A stretch of DNA of 64,000 bases, taken from NCBI GenBank assembly GCA_951406725.2, contig OX597827.1, positions 41,292,001 through 41,356,000 on the forward strand, written 5' to 3'. Positions 13,641 through 27,221 of this stretch are shown here, in pieces. Position 1 is the first letter of the stretch. Every line of letters starts with the position of its first letter. This stretch comes from Octopus vulgaris. Lineage: Eukaryota. The position numbers and the translations under genes were made by a program. The notes under the pieces are model-generated. The model worked only from the letters and a program-made list of their open reading frames with translations. It had not been told where the DNA came from and searched no databases.

Positions 13641-15688
13641 GTAGAGATGTAGAAGGAAGTTATTCTTGAAAGTCCTTATGATTAGATACATCTAGTTAGT
13701 CTTTGCAGTTAGGTGCTGTTACCTTCTTTCAATACTGCTCAGGGGTGTTATGGTTTCTTAGTATACTATCGTACAGAGACAGGATCTCTTGATCCGATGG
13801 GCAGATGGCTTTTGACAGCTACAGGTTGATTAGTGGAGTGGTAATTATGTGGCAGGTGTTTGTAGTTGTAGTATTTGTTTTGGGTTACTATGTTATCCAT
13901 ACAAGTATAAAATGTTATGTGAACTGAAGAGCTTATGGTATTTGTGTGTGGGTGAGAGATGATGGCTTATTAGAATTTGGAAATTCCTAGCTTTGTTTAT
14001 GGTGACCTAGGTCATGTGATGCATCAGACCAAACTAACTTTCCTTTTCCTGGTTATAACCGGCTGAATGGTGGTTGGGCGTCTTATGCATATAAATGAGT
14101 TTTTCACTGAATAAGTAGACAAGTCTGATCTGTTTTTAGACAAGGATATTTTCGATAGAGCAGACTTCTGTTGTAATTATGCATGCATGTATGTTTCCAG
14201 ACCAAACCACATGTTGTTGAATAATCATTTGTCCTGGTAATTGTATGTGTGTGTGTGTGCATGCACACGTACACACACACACATGGGGGGGGGGAGAGAG
14301 AGAGAAATCACTTTGCATTTTTGGTGACTGCTGCACACTAACTTAGGTGTGTAGTGGAGGTAGAGGAGCAAGGTGAGCAAGTGGAGTTAGGTGTGCGTAC
14401 ATGAGAATAAATGTCACACACTGTTTAAAGTTAGGGAGAGATAATGGAAGTATAACTGTTTCGCTGTAATATTGTTCCTATTGACACACATCCTATAACT
14501 GTGTCTTTGTGTATGTGCATACATCTGTAAATATATCACACGACATACATTATAACGTATAAAAAACAAAAACAAAACTCATTCATTCAGACCTTTCCCC
14601 CACTTAGCTGTAACTTTAACCGCCCCTTCCTCTGTTACCATGCTTCACTCATATTATATACACACTATAAATCCAGACACACATACTCTTTGTCTTAACT
14701 TTGTTCCTGTATCTATCTATCTCTCTCTTTCTGTTTCTCTCTCTCTCTCCACACATTTCCCTTGCTCTGTTTTTCTCCGAGATGCACATTTTCCACTTAC
14801 GCCTGCTCTTATGCGCACAGAGACTGTTTACCTAACACACACACACACACACATACACCATCTATCTCGCACTGTGCCAGCCAACTACATATATTAACGA
14901 TAATGTACACACCGCTCCTGTCCCACGCTATCTCCCCACCGCTTACTCCCCACCCATATGCAAATAATGTTTATCTTAAATAAAAGAAGGATGATACCTT
15001 GGAGAACACAGTTCCTGGTACATGAAAAGGTGGGATGGCCATGGCTAGAATGTGTTTGATCCATAAACACATTCAATCAGAGCTGACCCAAGTCTAAACA
15101 ACAACTGTTTGTCTTACCTCACTTGCACACACAAATTCTTTCTCTCTTCCTCTCTTATCCTCTCTCCCTTTCATTCTCTCTCTGAAGAGCTTATGCTTGT
15201 ATTTGATGTGTAAATATTTTTTGTAATCTTAAATATTTTCATATTCTCAGGTACAAAAAAACAAAAAACAAACAAACAAAAAGAACCCTACTTTCTCTAG
15301 GGATGGCAATTAAGCAACAGTTACATCTTAAAGGATGGCTGGGTGGGTGGATGTGTGGCTGGCTGGCTGGAACATTTTTCTATTTCCAGTGCTTGAATGT
15401 TTGGATAATGTGGCCACTGTCTTTTATTGAAGTTCATGGCTAATGAGCAATTATATCTTAAACGGTGGAAGAGAGACTTCACTGTTTTCAGTATTTGAAA
15501 GTTGGAGAACATGGCCACTGTTATGGTGTACTTAGTGCACAAAGACAACACTCATTAAACAGAGTCTCTTCTGGCTATAGTGTGGCAAGTGTTGAACTTG
15601 AGCCAACTAAAATACTCATTAACTGAACAAATGAAAGGGCCCCCTACGTTTTTGCTAAATCTACTAAACCAAATCTCTTTCCAAATCG

Positions 15689-15884
15689 CTCTTTTACTTA
15701 TTTCAGTCATTTGACTGCAGCCATGCTGGAGCACCACCTTAAGTCAAATAAATCAACCCCAGGACTTATTCTTTGTAAGCCTAGTACTTATTCTATCGGT
15801 CTCTTCAAACTGAACCACTAAGTGACGGGGACGTAAACACACCAACATCGGTTGTCAAGTGATGGGGGGGGGGAGACAAACACT

Positions 15885-15937
<53 letters not shown>

Positions 15938-16102
15938 TCGATGGGTTTCTTTCAGTTTCCATCTACCAAATCCACTCAGAAGGCTTTGGTTGGCCCGAGG
16001 CTATAGTAGAAGACACATGCCCAAGGTACCATGCAGTAGAACTGAAGCCGGAACCACGTGTTTGGGAAGCAAGTTTCTTACCAAACACCCACTCCTGTGC
16101 CT
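15689..16102 (-). mobile_element. SINE family A
   Basis: Full length with internal (CA)n. Confidence 0.9.
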
Positions 16103-17008
16103 AATACTTCCAAATACTTTTTTTAAAACAATGTCGTGGTGGGGAATGAAAGTTATATCAGTTAGTGTGGGACCAGAACATAAAAGGGGATTGATAGTTG
16201 CTGTAAAACTCCTTTGATGATAGATTTATTTGATCTACTCGACCTAGGGCTGAACACAAACTCAACAGTTTTGTTGTGGATGTCATTTACTTAAGGACTG
16301 TAAGGGAGCTGTTAGATGCTGTAACTTATTTATAGTTAAGTGGACTAGATTGTTGGGAGCTAATTGTCTTGGCTGTGGACATGATGAAGGGGTTATGAGC
16401 ATCCGAAGTAGTGGCTTGTTGGGTAGCATTTTAGTGACACAACCCTCTGTAATTTAATCATATTAAGTATTGGGACATGGGTGGAATAGTGCTTACAAAC
16501 ACTGCAACTTTCTATATGGGTTCACACTGATATGGCTTCCTGTTATTTTTTTATCATCAATTTGTTTGAAAAAATAAGTAAAGATTTAGATGTAGCAATG
16601 CAAGTAAAGAAACCATATGACAATTGTACAGTGTTAACTAACCACCACCAAAATTAGTGGTTTTCACCTGTTCATAGTAAGATGGATTAGGCTATTGTCT
16701 CCCCATCCACCCCCATCCCATAGCATGGGGATTGGGGGAGGGGCGAGAAAGAGATTAGATTGATAAATGCACGTGTTTTGTAATGCATGTTAAAACAAAG
16801 CTGAAGATTTGCTAGCTGTAATGGTGTTTCTAAAATTGTACGCAAGATGTACTGCAGTTATTGTATTTCGACTGTATAATATTCCGTGTAATTAATAATA
16901 ATGAATAAATAGCCTTGCGTGCGTGTGTGTCTGAGTGTGTGTGTGTGTGTGTGTGTGCGTGTGTGTGTGTGTGTGTGCGTGCATGTGTGTGTGTGTGTGT
17001 GTGTGAGT

Positions 17009-17049
<41 letters not shown>

Positions 17050-17175
17050 TGTGTTTGGACTTGTACAGGCAGACAGACAATATTGGGCAAGAATGGGAAA
17101 TTGACTGGCATGTATATTTAGATGTAGTTAGGGCTGTCTCTAGCTGCTTCTCTTCTTTTCCCCTCTCCAGTGTTC

Positions 17176-17264
<89 letters not shown>

Positions 17265-17772
17265 TGTGTGTGTGTATATATACATATATATAAATAAAAT
17301 CATATTATATATATAACTCTTAACAAATCCAACCAGTTGGGTGGGTGTGTACCTCTCCCATCACAGAGAAAGAGAGAGAGCATTCTTTTTATTTTGGCCA
17401 TCAGCTTCCAGGCAACTTTCTGGGTAGTTTTTGTTGTCAGTCTGCCAAGTTCTATGTTGGGTGTTGAAAATCTGGCCCTCTCACTTTGCCTCTTTCACTG
17501 TTGTTGTTGTTGTTGTGTGTGTGTGCACCAGCCATCACTCAGTTATACCCTTTGAATTATGTAAGTGAATACATAATCCACAAACACCTGTAAGCTTTAC
17601 TTAATTACTAAGAAGAGTTAGTGTGAGACTGACTGAGTGTGTGTGTATGTGTGTGTGTATGTGTGTGTGTGAGAGAGAGTGTGAGAGGTATTCTCAATAA
17701 CTGAAGCTACCTCTTCATATATTCTTTATAACACAATGTGACTGAGTATTCCACAGATACTTGTACCCTTAA

Positions 17773-17992
17773 CCCTTTAGCATTCAGATTATTCTGTCAA
17801 ATGTAATGCTTATTTATTCATATTGTTTTGACTTAATCATGCATTATCTCACAGCTTTATGATTTCAAGGATGTGATTGTTTCTTTTTAGAATGACATTG
17901 TAAGGTAGGTGTGAGAGGCCAGATACAATTGGTTTGAACATAAAACGGGTAGATTATATTGGTTTGATATGCCCATTTTAAATGCTAAAGGG
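17773..17992. mobile_element. piggyBac-like MITE (220 bp, second family)
   Basis: TTAA|ccctttagcatt ... aatgctaaaggg|ctaa; splits a SINE remnant at its TTAA. Confidence 0.85.
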
Positions 17993-18904
17993 CTAACATA
18001 GTCTTTGGGCAGATTTAGTGTAGCACCATTTGACTGTGGCTTATTTTGTATGGTAAAAAAAAGAAGACTATTTTAAATTACTTTTTTTTTTTCTTAAATT
18101 TTGTTTCTAATTCCTAACTCTAGCAAATAACTATAACATGAAATAGGAAAAATATGTTTGGTTAAGTTTGTGGTAAAGTTCAATCTCTGATCAGAGATAG
18201 AAATTTAACACAAGAATAACAAATGCGCCAAACACTACATGAAGTTTGAAATGTTGTCTTCATCTATGTAAATATTGAATAAATGGAAAAATAAATACAC
18301 AAGGCAGCATTTCATTGTATTTTTGGTCAGGCTACTTCACTCTGTACTGCCAACCACTTTGTTGTGGTATTTTATTTTATTGAAAAAGCACTCAAGTGCT
18401 GGGAGTAGGGGAGACCCCAGAGTTTGTGTCAATGGCAGAAATTATTATTTAAACATTGTTGTATTGTTGCTCTTCTTATTTCACACTTCTGATCTAACTG
18501 GAAAGTGAAGCTTCCTCATAGAATGATAATCTTTGCAATTCGTGGCACCACCCAAATAATACATCCTAATCTTTAAGTCTTGAACTAAAAGAGATTCCAA
18601 CCATGACTCTATAGAACTGCTAAGGTATAAGCAACACCAAAATAATAACAACAGCATTAATAATGTATAAAAATAAGATTGTGACGAATTATGATAAAAA
18701 AAAATTGTGTACTGTTCTGATAAAAATGCTAAAGAGACTTCTGGACCACCTTGTGTATGTGTCTGTGCGAATTATTTAGTGCAAAGTTACCTTGGTTCAA
18801 GGTCCAAGAGTTTCCTGCTAACTGCAGTACATAAAACATTTCAGGCCTTGAGTTTACTCATGCAACTTTACAGTTAAATAACATGCATGTGCTTGCATGC
18901 ATGC

Positions 18905-18953
<49 letters not shown>

Positions 18954-20063
18954 AATATTGAGTTCCATTAACTCCTGTTTGTTCCACCCAGTAATGAAGA
19001 ATGTAACTTAAAGTTTCACCCTCTCTGTACACTGTCATCATTGAACTAATAAAATGTAAAGAACTGCTTTACACTGCTCCGGAAGAATTTATACTCATCC
19101 ATATCACTCAGGTTGATTCCACCCATTCTTGAAGATATGCAAGGCACTATCCAGTAGGGATTTCATCAGTTATGTCATTTCCCTCATCCCTTACTTCATA
19201 CTACAAAACATGTCAACAGCATCCTACTGTCATTGGGAAGATAAGTTGAGAAAGGTCTTGAAATGTTGATGGGTTTAGGAAAATTATTGTTCCTAACTTG
19301 TAAGGAGATATGGAAAAATCTTCAATGAAAAGGTTCAAGTTGAATACAGTTGTGTTTTCAGTACTGTGTGTGTGTGTGTTTGATGCTAATACATAGATGA
19401 ACTCATATATGAACAGCAAGGATAATCTCCACTAACATTCTGGTGCCTGCTGTTGCCTTTGTTTCTGAAGGAAGAAGTAAAGGTAAAGGTATTGAAGGTT
19501 AAGCTCTGGTGGTGGCAGTGGTGGGGATCTCCCTCACTTATGTATTTCACTATCTCCCACCACAAGCTCCCTCTCTCACACTGTCTTGTGTATCTGCTGC
19601 TGCCCCTCCTCCTCGTCCTCCTCCTCACACTTTGGGTTAACTCTTCTCGCACACCCCCTCTCACTGTCCCTCACATGGCTGCCAATAAATGCAATAACTC
19701 TAACTGTTGAATCTAATTTGTGTGGGGTGGCGAGTGGAAGGCATGATGAAGGTGGCAGTGGGAGGGAGATGATATTTAAAGGCTTTTGCTAAGTATGAGT
19801 GTTGTGAGAGTAGTAGTATTGTAAGAGAAGGCTTACAAGTGTGTGTGTGGTACAGTGACAGTATTGTGTGCTGAGAAAGGACATGTGGCCTTCTATGTTG
19901 TTGTTATTTAAATCCAAGTCAACCTTGATCTAAGATGTTCCAGACATGATAATCTCTCCCTTTTTTTTTTTAACAACTCTAACTACATTGTCTTGTGTCC
20001 ACTTTTTTTTTCTGTAGAAGTAGTAGAGTGTGATCTGATAAAATTTGGATGCTATTTTAGGCG

Positions 20064-20097
<34 letters not shown>

Positions 20098-20524
20098 ATG
20101 CGTGTGTGTAGTTGTTGTTGTTTAGTCCTAGTTCAAATCCTGTTGGGTGTATTTGAACACAACCATAAAATTTTATTAAATGATCTCTGCTCTTAACCCA
20201 TTTGAAACCATCCTGTTTACATTTATTCAGTGGCCAAGTATTACTGACTCCTTTACTCACATAAACTGAACAGCGATTATTACATATAAGATGGATTTAG
20301 CCATTGGCTGAGCCTGTCATTGAAAGTTGCCCTGCCACTTTCCTTTGGCTTAAAAGAATTTGGTACCCCCATATATATGTAAATCAAAGCATAAACAATG
20401 ATAAACCATAAAATGAATATTTATCTTTCAAAATGAAAGCTAAACTAACAGTAAGGTGGAAAATAACATCTATTTTTGCATACTTCTACTTCATTTATAA
20501 TTGAAAACTTTTCTACTTTTTAAT

Positions 20525-20935
20525 TACTCTTTACTCTTTTACTTGTTTCAGTCATTTGACTGCGGCCATGCTGGAGCACCGCCTTTCCTCGAGCAACTCG
20601 ACCCCGGGACTTATTCTTTGTAAGCCCAGTACTTATTCTATCGGTCTCTTTTGCCGAACCGCTAAGTGACGGGGACATAAACACACCAGCATCGGTTGTC
20701 ATGCAATGCTAGGGGGACAAACACAGACACACAAATATACACGCACACACACATATATATATACATATATACGACGGGCTTCTTTCAGTTTCCGTCTACC
20801 AAATCCACTCACAAGGCTTTGGTCGGCCCGAGGCTATAGTAGAAGACACTCGCCAAAGGTGCCACGCAGTGGGACTGAACCCGGAACCATGTGGTTTGTA
20901 AGCAAGCTACTTACCACACAGCCACTCCTATGCCT
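20525..20935 (-). mobile_element. SINE family A (young, near consensus)
   Basis: Near-identical to the reverse complement of 46842-47275. Confidence 0.92.
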
Positions 20936-21223
20936 ATTGCAAAGCTTTTGATCAAATCCTTACTATGATACCATGAACACTTTGAAATATTTTGGCAAGT
21001 TTAAAGTGATTTCTTTTTGTGCTGTATTCCATTTACTATTTCACTGGTGTACCTTTCAAGACAAGTGTTGATCAGTTTTGACTGTATCCATCCACTAAAT
21101 TTATAACTTTGTCCCTAATTTAGACATTATCATCATTTATAAAATAAAACATGAAGTTGGGAAGTAGGAGCTAAAATCAGTTGTCACCACCACTATTATT
21201 AAGGTAGAAAACTGGCTGAATTG

Positions 21224-21503
21224 TTATCGGCCTCTTTTGCCGAACTGCTAAGTTACGGGGATGTAAACACACCAGTATCGGTTGTCAAGTGAATTTGGAG
21301 GGACAAACACAGACACACAAAAATTACACACACACATACATATATATATACGACGGGCTTCTTTCAGTTTCCGTCTACCAAATCCATCACAAGGCTTTGG
21401 TTGGCCCAAGGCTATAATAGAAGACAGTTGCCCAATGTGCCACGCAGTGGGACTGAACTCAGAACCATGTGGTTTGTAAGCGAGCTACTTACCACACAGC
21501 CAC
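21224..21503 (-). mobile_element. SINE family A, lacking its 3' end
   Basis: Colinear similarity to 20525-20935. Confidence 0.85.
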
Positions 21504-21789
21504 TAGTCATACCAACCACTATTTGTCTTCTCCTTGGTCATTACTCTATCTGTCAGCCCTCATGAATAATTATAGATTTGTATGGTTACGTGTCATTTTA
21601 AGTTTGCATGTATGTGTATGTTAATATATTTGTGTGTGTGTAAGTCTATTGCTATATACTGAACGTAGATCACACTATCACCAGGTATACAATATCTCTG
21701 CTGAGGGAGTCTCTATATAGTTACTGGATCTGCTAGAAGTAGCAGCCATAAAGCAATCCTCATATTTTTTTCAATGGATGAATATTTAA

Positions 21790-21999
21790 TTCTTTATTGC
21801 CCACAGTGGGCTAAACATAGAGGGGACAAACAAGGACAGACAAAGGGATTAATTTGATTACATCGACCCCAGTGCGAAACTAGTACTTATTTAATCGACC
21901 CCGAAAGGATGAAAGGCAAAGTCAACCTCGGCAGAATTTGAACTCAGAACATAACGGCAGATGAAATACCGCTAAGCATTTCTGCCATCTTGCCACCCT
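21790..21999 (-). mobile_element. SINE family B variant with an alternative 3' tail
   Basis: cgaccccgaaaggatgaaaggcaaagtcaacctcggcagaatttgaactcagaac; tail gggacaaacaaggacagacaaaggg. Confidence 0.85.
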
Positions 22000-22815
22000 T
22001 CAATGGATGAATATTACTGAATACCCCAGTCCTGCATTATTCCTATTTTTTAAATTTAAAGGTGATAAATTGAGGTAGATTTAATTGCTTCTCTTGAATA
22101 TGTAGAAGATTGTTCACTGGATTTTTCATAATTTTTTCCCTTCTACAAAAAAAAAAAAAAAGTTTGAGTAACCTATCACTGTAGTCAAGCAACTGCGTAG
22201 ACACTTATCCATTTGTTCCTTTGACTTCCTCTCACCTCCTGCCTCCCCATTCTAAAGGTGCTGGTTGGAGTTGCGACGAAATTAAACTGCTGTATTGAGT
22301 ATATAGAACAGACTGAGACAACCGACTAGGAAAGATTCCTTTCTCTCACTGCTTCTGATGATATTACGGGTGTTGTTGTTGTGAGATTTAGTATTTCTGT
22401 ATAATATAGTTTTTCATTGAACTCATTTGTGCAGTTCTTGCAAATGTAGAGTTGTGTGTGTGTGTTTTGAGTTTGTTTTAGCCATCACAACCAATGACAT
22501 GTTGGAGCGTCACCTTTTTGTGTATGTGCATGTGGAAGACAAATCAATCTTGGAACTGTACCAGATATTCTTCATTGAAATCAATTAATTGTATAAAAAA
22601 CATCTGTGATGTTCCTTTCTCAAGCTTAGAATAGAGAGACTAGTGTATGTGATGTCTGTGACTATATATGCATAGAGAGAGAGAGAGAGAGAGAGAGACA
22701 CACACACACACACTATATTTACTTATGTATTATAATGGAAGATTTAATACAAAATATCAGGGCCAGGATTAGAAGTGGATGTTGCTGTATATTTGAGTGT
22801 AAAAAACATAAACAA

Positions 22816-22861
<46 letters not shown>

Positions 22862-23406
22862 TACTGATTTTATTAGGTACAATTATTGTGGGTAGCATTA
22901 TTATATTCAAGTAAATACTGCATCGTCATCATTTTAATGTCCACTTTTCCATGCTTGCATGGGTCAAACAGAATTTATTGACAAAGATTTTCTTCTATGG
23001 CTGGATGCTCTTCCTGCCACCGACTCACCTGTTTCCCAGCAAGGTAATATTTCCCTCGTGGCCAGATATGATCTTCATGGGAGACAGGAAACAAACATCA
23101 CTTGTATGATGGTTTTGCACGTTTGCAACCATCACTTGCTGATAAGACAAGGATACATGCAAACATACACCCACACACATGACAAGTTTCTTTCAGCTTC
23201 CATTAACGAATCCATTCGCACAACTTCCATTGGCCTGGGGCGGTAGTAAAAAGCTATTAGCCCAAGGTGCTGTGCAGTGGGATTGAACCAGAAACTACAT
23301 GTTTGGGAAGTATGCTTGTTAACCATAAATCATACCTGTGCTCATACAGTGTATGTAATACACACACACACACACAAAGGTAAGCTAGAGAAAGAAGCTA
23401 CATATA

Positions 23407-23453
<47 letters not shown>

Positions 23454-23520
23454 TACAAAGGTAAGGTATATATACAAAAGTAAGGTAGAGTAAGTATATA
23501 TATATATATATATATATATA

Positions 23521-23570
23521 CGTCCAACCCATGCTAGCATGGAAAGCGGACGTTAAACGATGATGATGAT
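23521..23570 (+). mobile_element. 50-bp minimal RTE 3' terminal insertion in (TA)n
   Basis: Matches the 3' end of the copy ending at 38188; (TA)n on both sides. Confidence 0.85.
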
Positions 23571-24011
23571 ATATATATATATATATATATATATAAACAC
23601 ACACACACATGTGTGTATGTGTTTATATATATGCATACAAAGGTGAGGGAGAGAAAGAAGATTGAGTGTGAAGGTAGAAGACAGTGATTAATCTCTGTAT
23701 ATTCTTGTACTGGTTTCAGTTATGAGACTGTTGTTGTGGTGATGCATCACCTTCTAAAGCAAGGTTGATCATATATATTGAACCCAATATTTATTTCAGT
23801 CCCGTACTTATTTTATCAGTATTTGTTCATATATATATAGGGACACAACATAAATACAGGCATGTTTGTGTGTCCATGCACACACAATTTTTTTTCAAAT
23901 ACTGCTTTATTATCAAGTTACACATACCATAAACTGCTGAATAATAAAAGTGGGAAATGATTTCTTTAATGGAATAATATAATAAATAATAATAATAATA
24001 ATAATAATGAT

Positions 24012-24214
24012 AATGGTTTTAAATTTTTCCACAAGGGCAGCAATTTTGGGGTGAGGGGCTGAGTTGATTACATCAACCCCAGTGTTCAATTGGTACTTGT
24101 TTTATTGACCCCGAAAGGATGAAAGGTAAAGTCAACCTCAGCGAAATTTGAACTTAGAATGTAGTGACTGGTGAAATATTGCTAAGCACTTCGTCTGGTT
24201 GCCAGCTGGCTGCC

Positions 24215-24245
<31 letters not shown>

Positions 24246-24468
24246 CAATAATGATAATAATCCTTTCTACTATAGGCACAGGCCTGAGATTTGAGGGGAG
24301 GAGACTAGTCGATTGCATCATCCCCAGTGTTTCTATGGTACTTAATTTATCAACCCCGAAATGAGGAAAGGCAAAGTCGACCTTGGTGGAATTTGAACTC
24401 AGAATGTAGTGAAATACCGATAAGCATTTTGTCAAGTGTGCTAACGATTCTACCAGCTCACTGCCTTA
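24012..24468 (-). mobile_element. Two tandem SINE family B copies separated by (AAT)n
   Basis: Copies at ~24012-24216 and ~24258-24468. Confidence 0.88.
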
Positions 24469-24611
24469 ATACTAGTTATAATGATTGTGATGACGACTAG
24501 TATTAATTGTTACATATTGGATTAATGCGCAATAAGTTTTTAACTAGAAATATATTTGGCTGATATTTTGCCATAATGGCTGGTGAGTATGTATATATAT
24601 ATATATATGCC

Positions 24612-24860
24612 GAAATCAGATCGCCATGTTGATTCGCTAGCCTTTGCATGCATTTTTTTTTCTCTCCTTCTTTCTGTGTTTCTTCTCTGTGTATCTTTCT
24701 GTTGAAGAGCGTAGGCTCGAAACGTTAAAGACTTGTTTTATTTATATTTCCTGAGCGCCATACTAATACAATTGTTTGTTTGTATTCCACCTGCCTTCGT
24801 CTTTTGTTTATTTCCGTAAACCTGCCTTCGTCTTTTATCTACTTTCATAAAGCTTCCCGG
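24612..24860 (+). mobile_element. Penelope-like terminal repeat remnant carrying a minimal hammerhead-like motif
   Basis: tctttctg-TTGAAGA-gcgtaggctc-GAAA-cgtt-aaaga at 24694-24731; (TA)n flanks. Confidence 0.5.
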
Positions 24861-25384
24861 TATATATATATATATGTACAGGCGTGGCTGTGTGGTAAGA
24901 AGTGTGACTCCCATGGTTTCAGGTTTAGCCTTACTGCATGCCACTTTCTACTATAACTCCGGGTTGACCAAACTTTGGATTTGGTAAGGTAAACAGAGAT
25001 AGAAAGAGGCTCATCACATGCATGTGTGTATTACTGTCTCCTTTCCTGAATGTTGCATGTCAGTGGTAAGCCAGTGTCACCATCAGTGCAAGCAGTGTCC
25101 TTTTCCAGTCAGCTGAACCATGTTTAGTCATGGGGAAATATTACTTTACTTGGAGACAGGAAAGGCATCCAAGTGTAGAAAATCTGCCTCAACAATTTCT
25201 GTCCTAGCCTTGCAAGCATGGAAAAGTGGATGTTACAGAGTGATTTTGATGTCCTATTTTACCATCTGAAGTTTTCACTGAGTGTCAAACTGATATATTC
25301 TCTGTGTACATCCAGTTGACTTTTGTTACCTTTTCCTTTTTCTTTTCTTTTTTGTTCTTTGTTCTTTGATTTGCCTACATAAAC

Positions 25385-25686
25385 TGGCACTCTTGTCAGT
25401 TATGACAACAAGGGTTCAAGTGGAATGGCCTACTTGTGAAATTAACGAGCTAGTGGGTGAGCTCTCCACAGACATGCTTACCCTCAATGTACTTCTCAAG
25501 GAGATTCAGCATGACACAGTGTGACAAAGCTGGCCCTTTGAAATACAGCTACATTTTTGCCAGCTGAGTGGACTGGAGGAATGTGAAATAAAGTGCTTTG
25601 CTCAAGGTCACATGTTGCTAGGAATTGAACACACGACCTTGCGATCACGAGCCTAATACACTAACCATTAAGCCATGCACCTTCAC
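25385..25686 (-). mobile_element. Third tRNA-head SINE family
   Basis: Minus strand tggcttaatggttag (A box), gtgttcaattcc (B box), ccttgagcaaagcactt..ctccagtccactcagctg. Confidence 0.75.
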
Positions 25687-25721
25687 TCATCTCTCTCTCT
25701 CTCTCTCTCTCTCCAATCAAT

Positions 25722-26090
25722 AGACTGTGAACATGATGGGACACCACCTTGAAGAATTTTAGTCAAATGAATTGACCCCAGTCCTTATTTTTGTATCCTG
25801 GTACTTAGTCTATCACACTGTTTTGTCGAACTACTAAGTTATGAGGATGTAAACACACCAACACTGATTGACAAGAAGTGGTGGGCTACAAACACAGACA
25901 CACATGCACATATCCATCTGTCCACACAATGGACTTCTTTCAGTTTCCGTCTATCAGATTCACTCACAAGGCTTTTTGGTTCGCTCGAGGCTGTAGTAGA
26001 AGGCTGTTGCCCAAGGCGCCACACAGTGAGACGGAACCTGGAACCATGTGGTTGGGATGCAAACTTATGGTCACACTGTCATGTCTGCAC
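25722..26090 (-). mobile_element. SINE family A (diverged)
   Basis: Colinear similarity. Confidence 0.8.
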
Positions 26091-27109
26091 ATGCTCTTCT
26101 TGTTTCAAACTCTTTCCAATGAAGGCTGGATGAATTGTATTGTGCCACCAGCACTAAAGAGGTTGACAAGATTAGAACCCCCCCCCCCCAAAAAAAAAGT
26201 ATACTTTATCTCCTGTCATATTTTATATACCACCTTTGTTCCCCTGACTCTCTTGCTAACTCTTTTCTATCTACACACACACATACACACACACACACAC
26301 AGTCTCTCTCTCACATAGACATCTAGTGATTTGGTGACATGAAGTGTGTACATGCATTTGTATTGTCTGTGATTTTGTTAATCTGCAGTGTAGTTTCTGA
26401 AAAATAGAAGTGGAGAGAAAGGCAGCAGGTATTGTTTTGTGTAATAGCAATGAAACTTGTCTTCTCACACATATGCATATGTACTGTTATACACTGAACG
26501 GCACAAACACACTTTCTCCACCCCACACACACACTCTCTCTCTTTCCTTCTCCTTCTCTGTCTCCCTCTTTTTCCCTCTCTCTCTCAGACGAAGCAGTCC
26601 TTGTAAAAATATGAGCAATGCAAAGGCAGTCACTGAGGTGAGGGTGAGGATAGAGTGGTTAACTTATTCAGAACTTGTCATACTTTGTGATGATTGTGTT
26701 GACAGAATAATAATAATGATGATGATGATGATGATGATGATAGATGGTAATGGTGATGGTAGTGATGGGGACGATTTGTTTTTGCTGAGCAGTTTAGAAT
26801 GAATAGTTGCAGCTGCTGAGGTGTGTCTGTGGAGGTGGTCATTAAGGAACAAATGCTGCTATTCTTCGCAAAGATATATATGCATTATGACCATAGCCTA
26901 TAATTTCTTTTCTCAACTAGCCCTTAACTTTAAGCCCCCTAATTATTGTTGCTGCTAGCCACAGGGCTGGTCTTGACCAAGCAGCTTTATGGTCAAAGGT
27001 GTTCCAGCTATGACCCTCCGTCTTATTTTTAGAGATAGTATGGTGTGATTTGCGAGAGAATTGGCTGCTATTTCTAACAGTTTGAGCAGCCACACAATGG
27101 TTCCTCCCA

Positions 27110-27162
<53 letters not shown>

Positions 27163-27175
27163 AAGAGAGAGAAAG

Positions 27176-27221
<46 letters not shown>

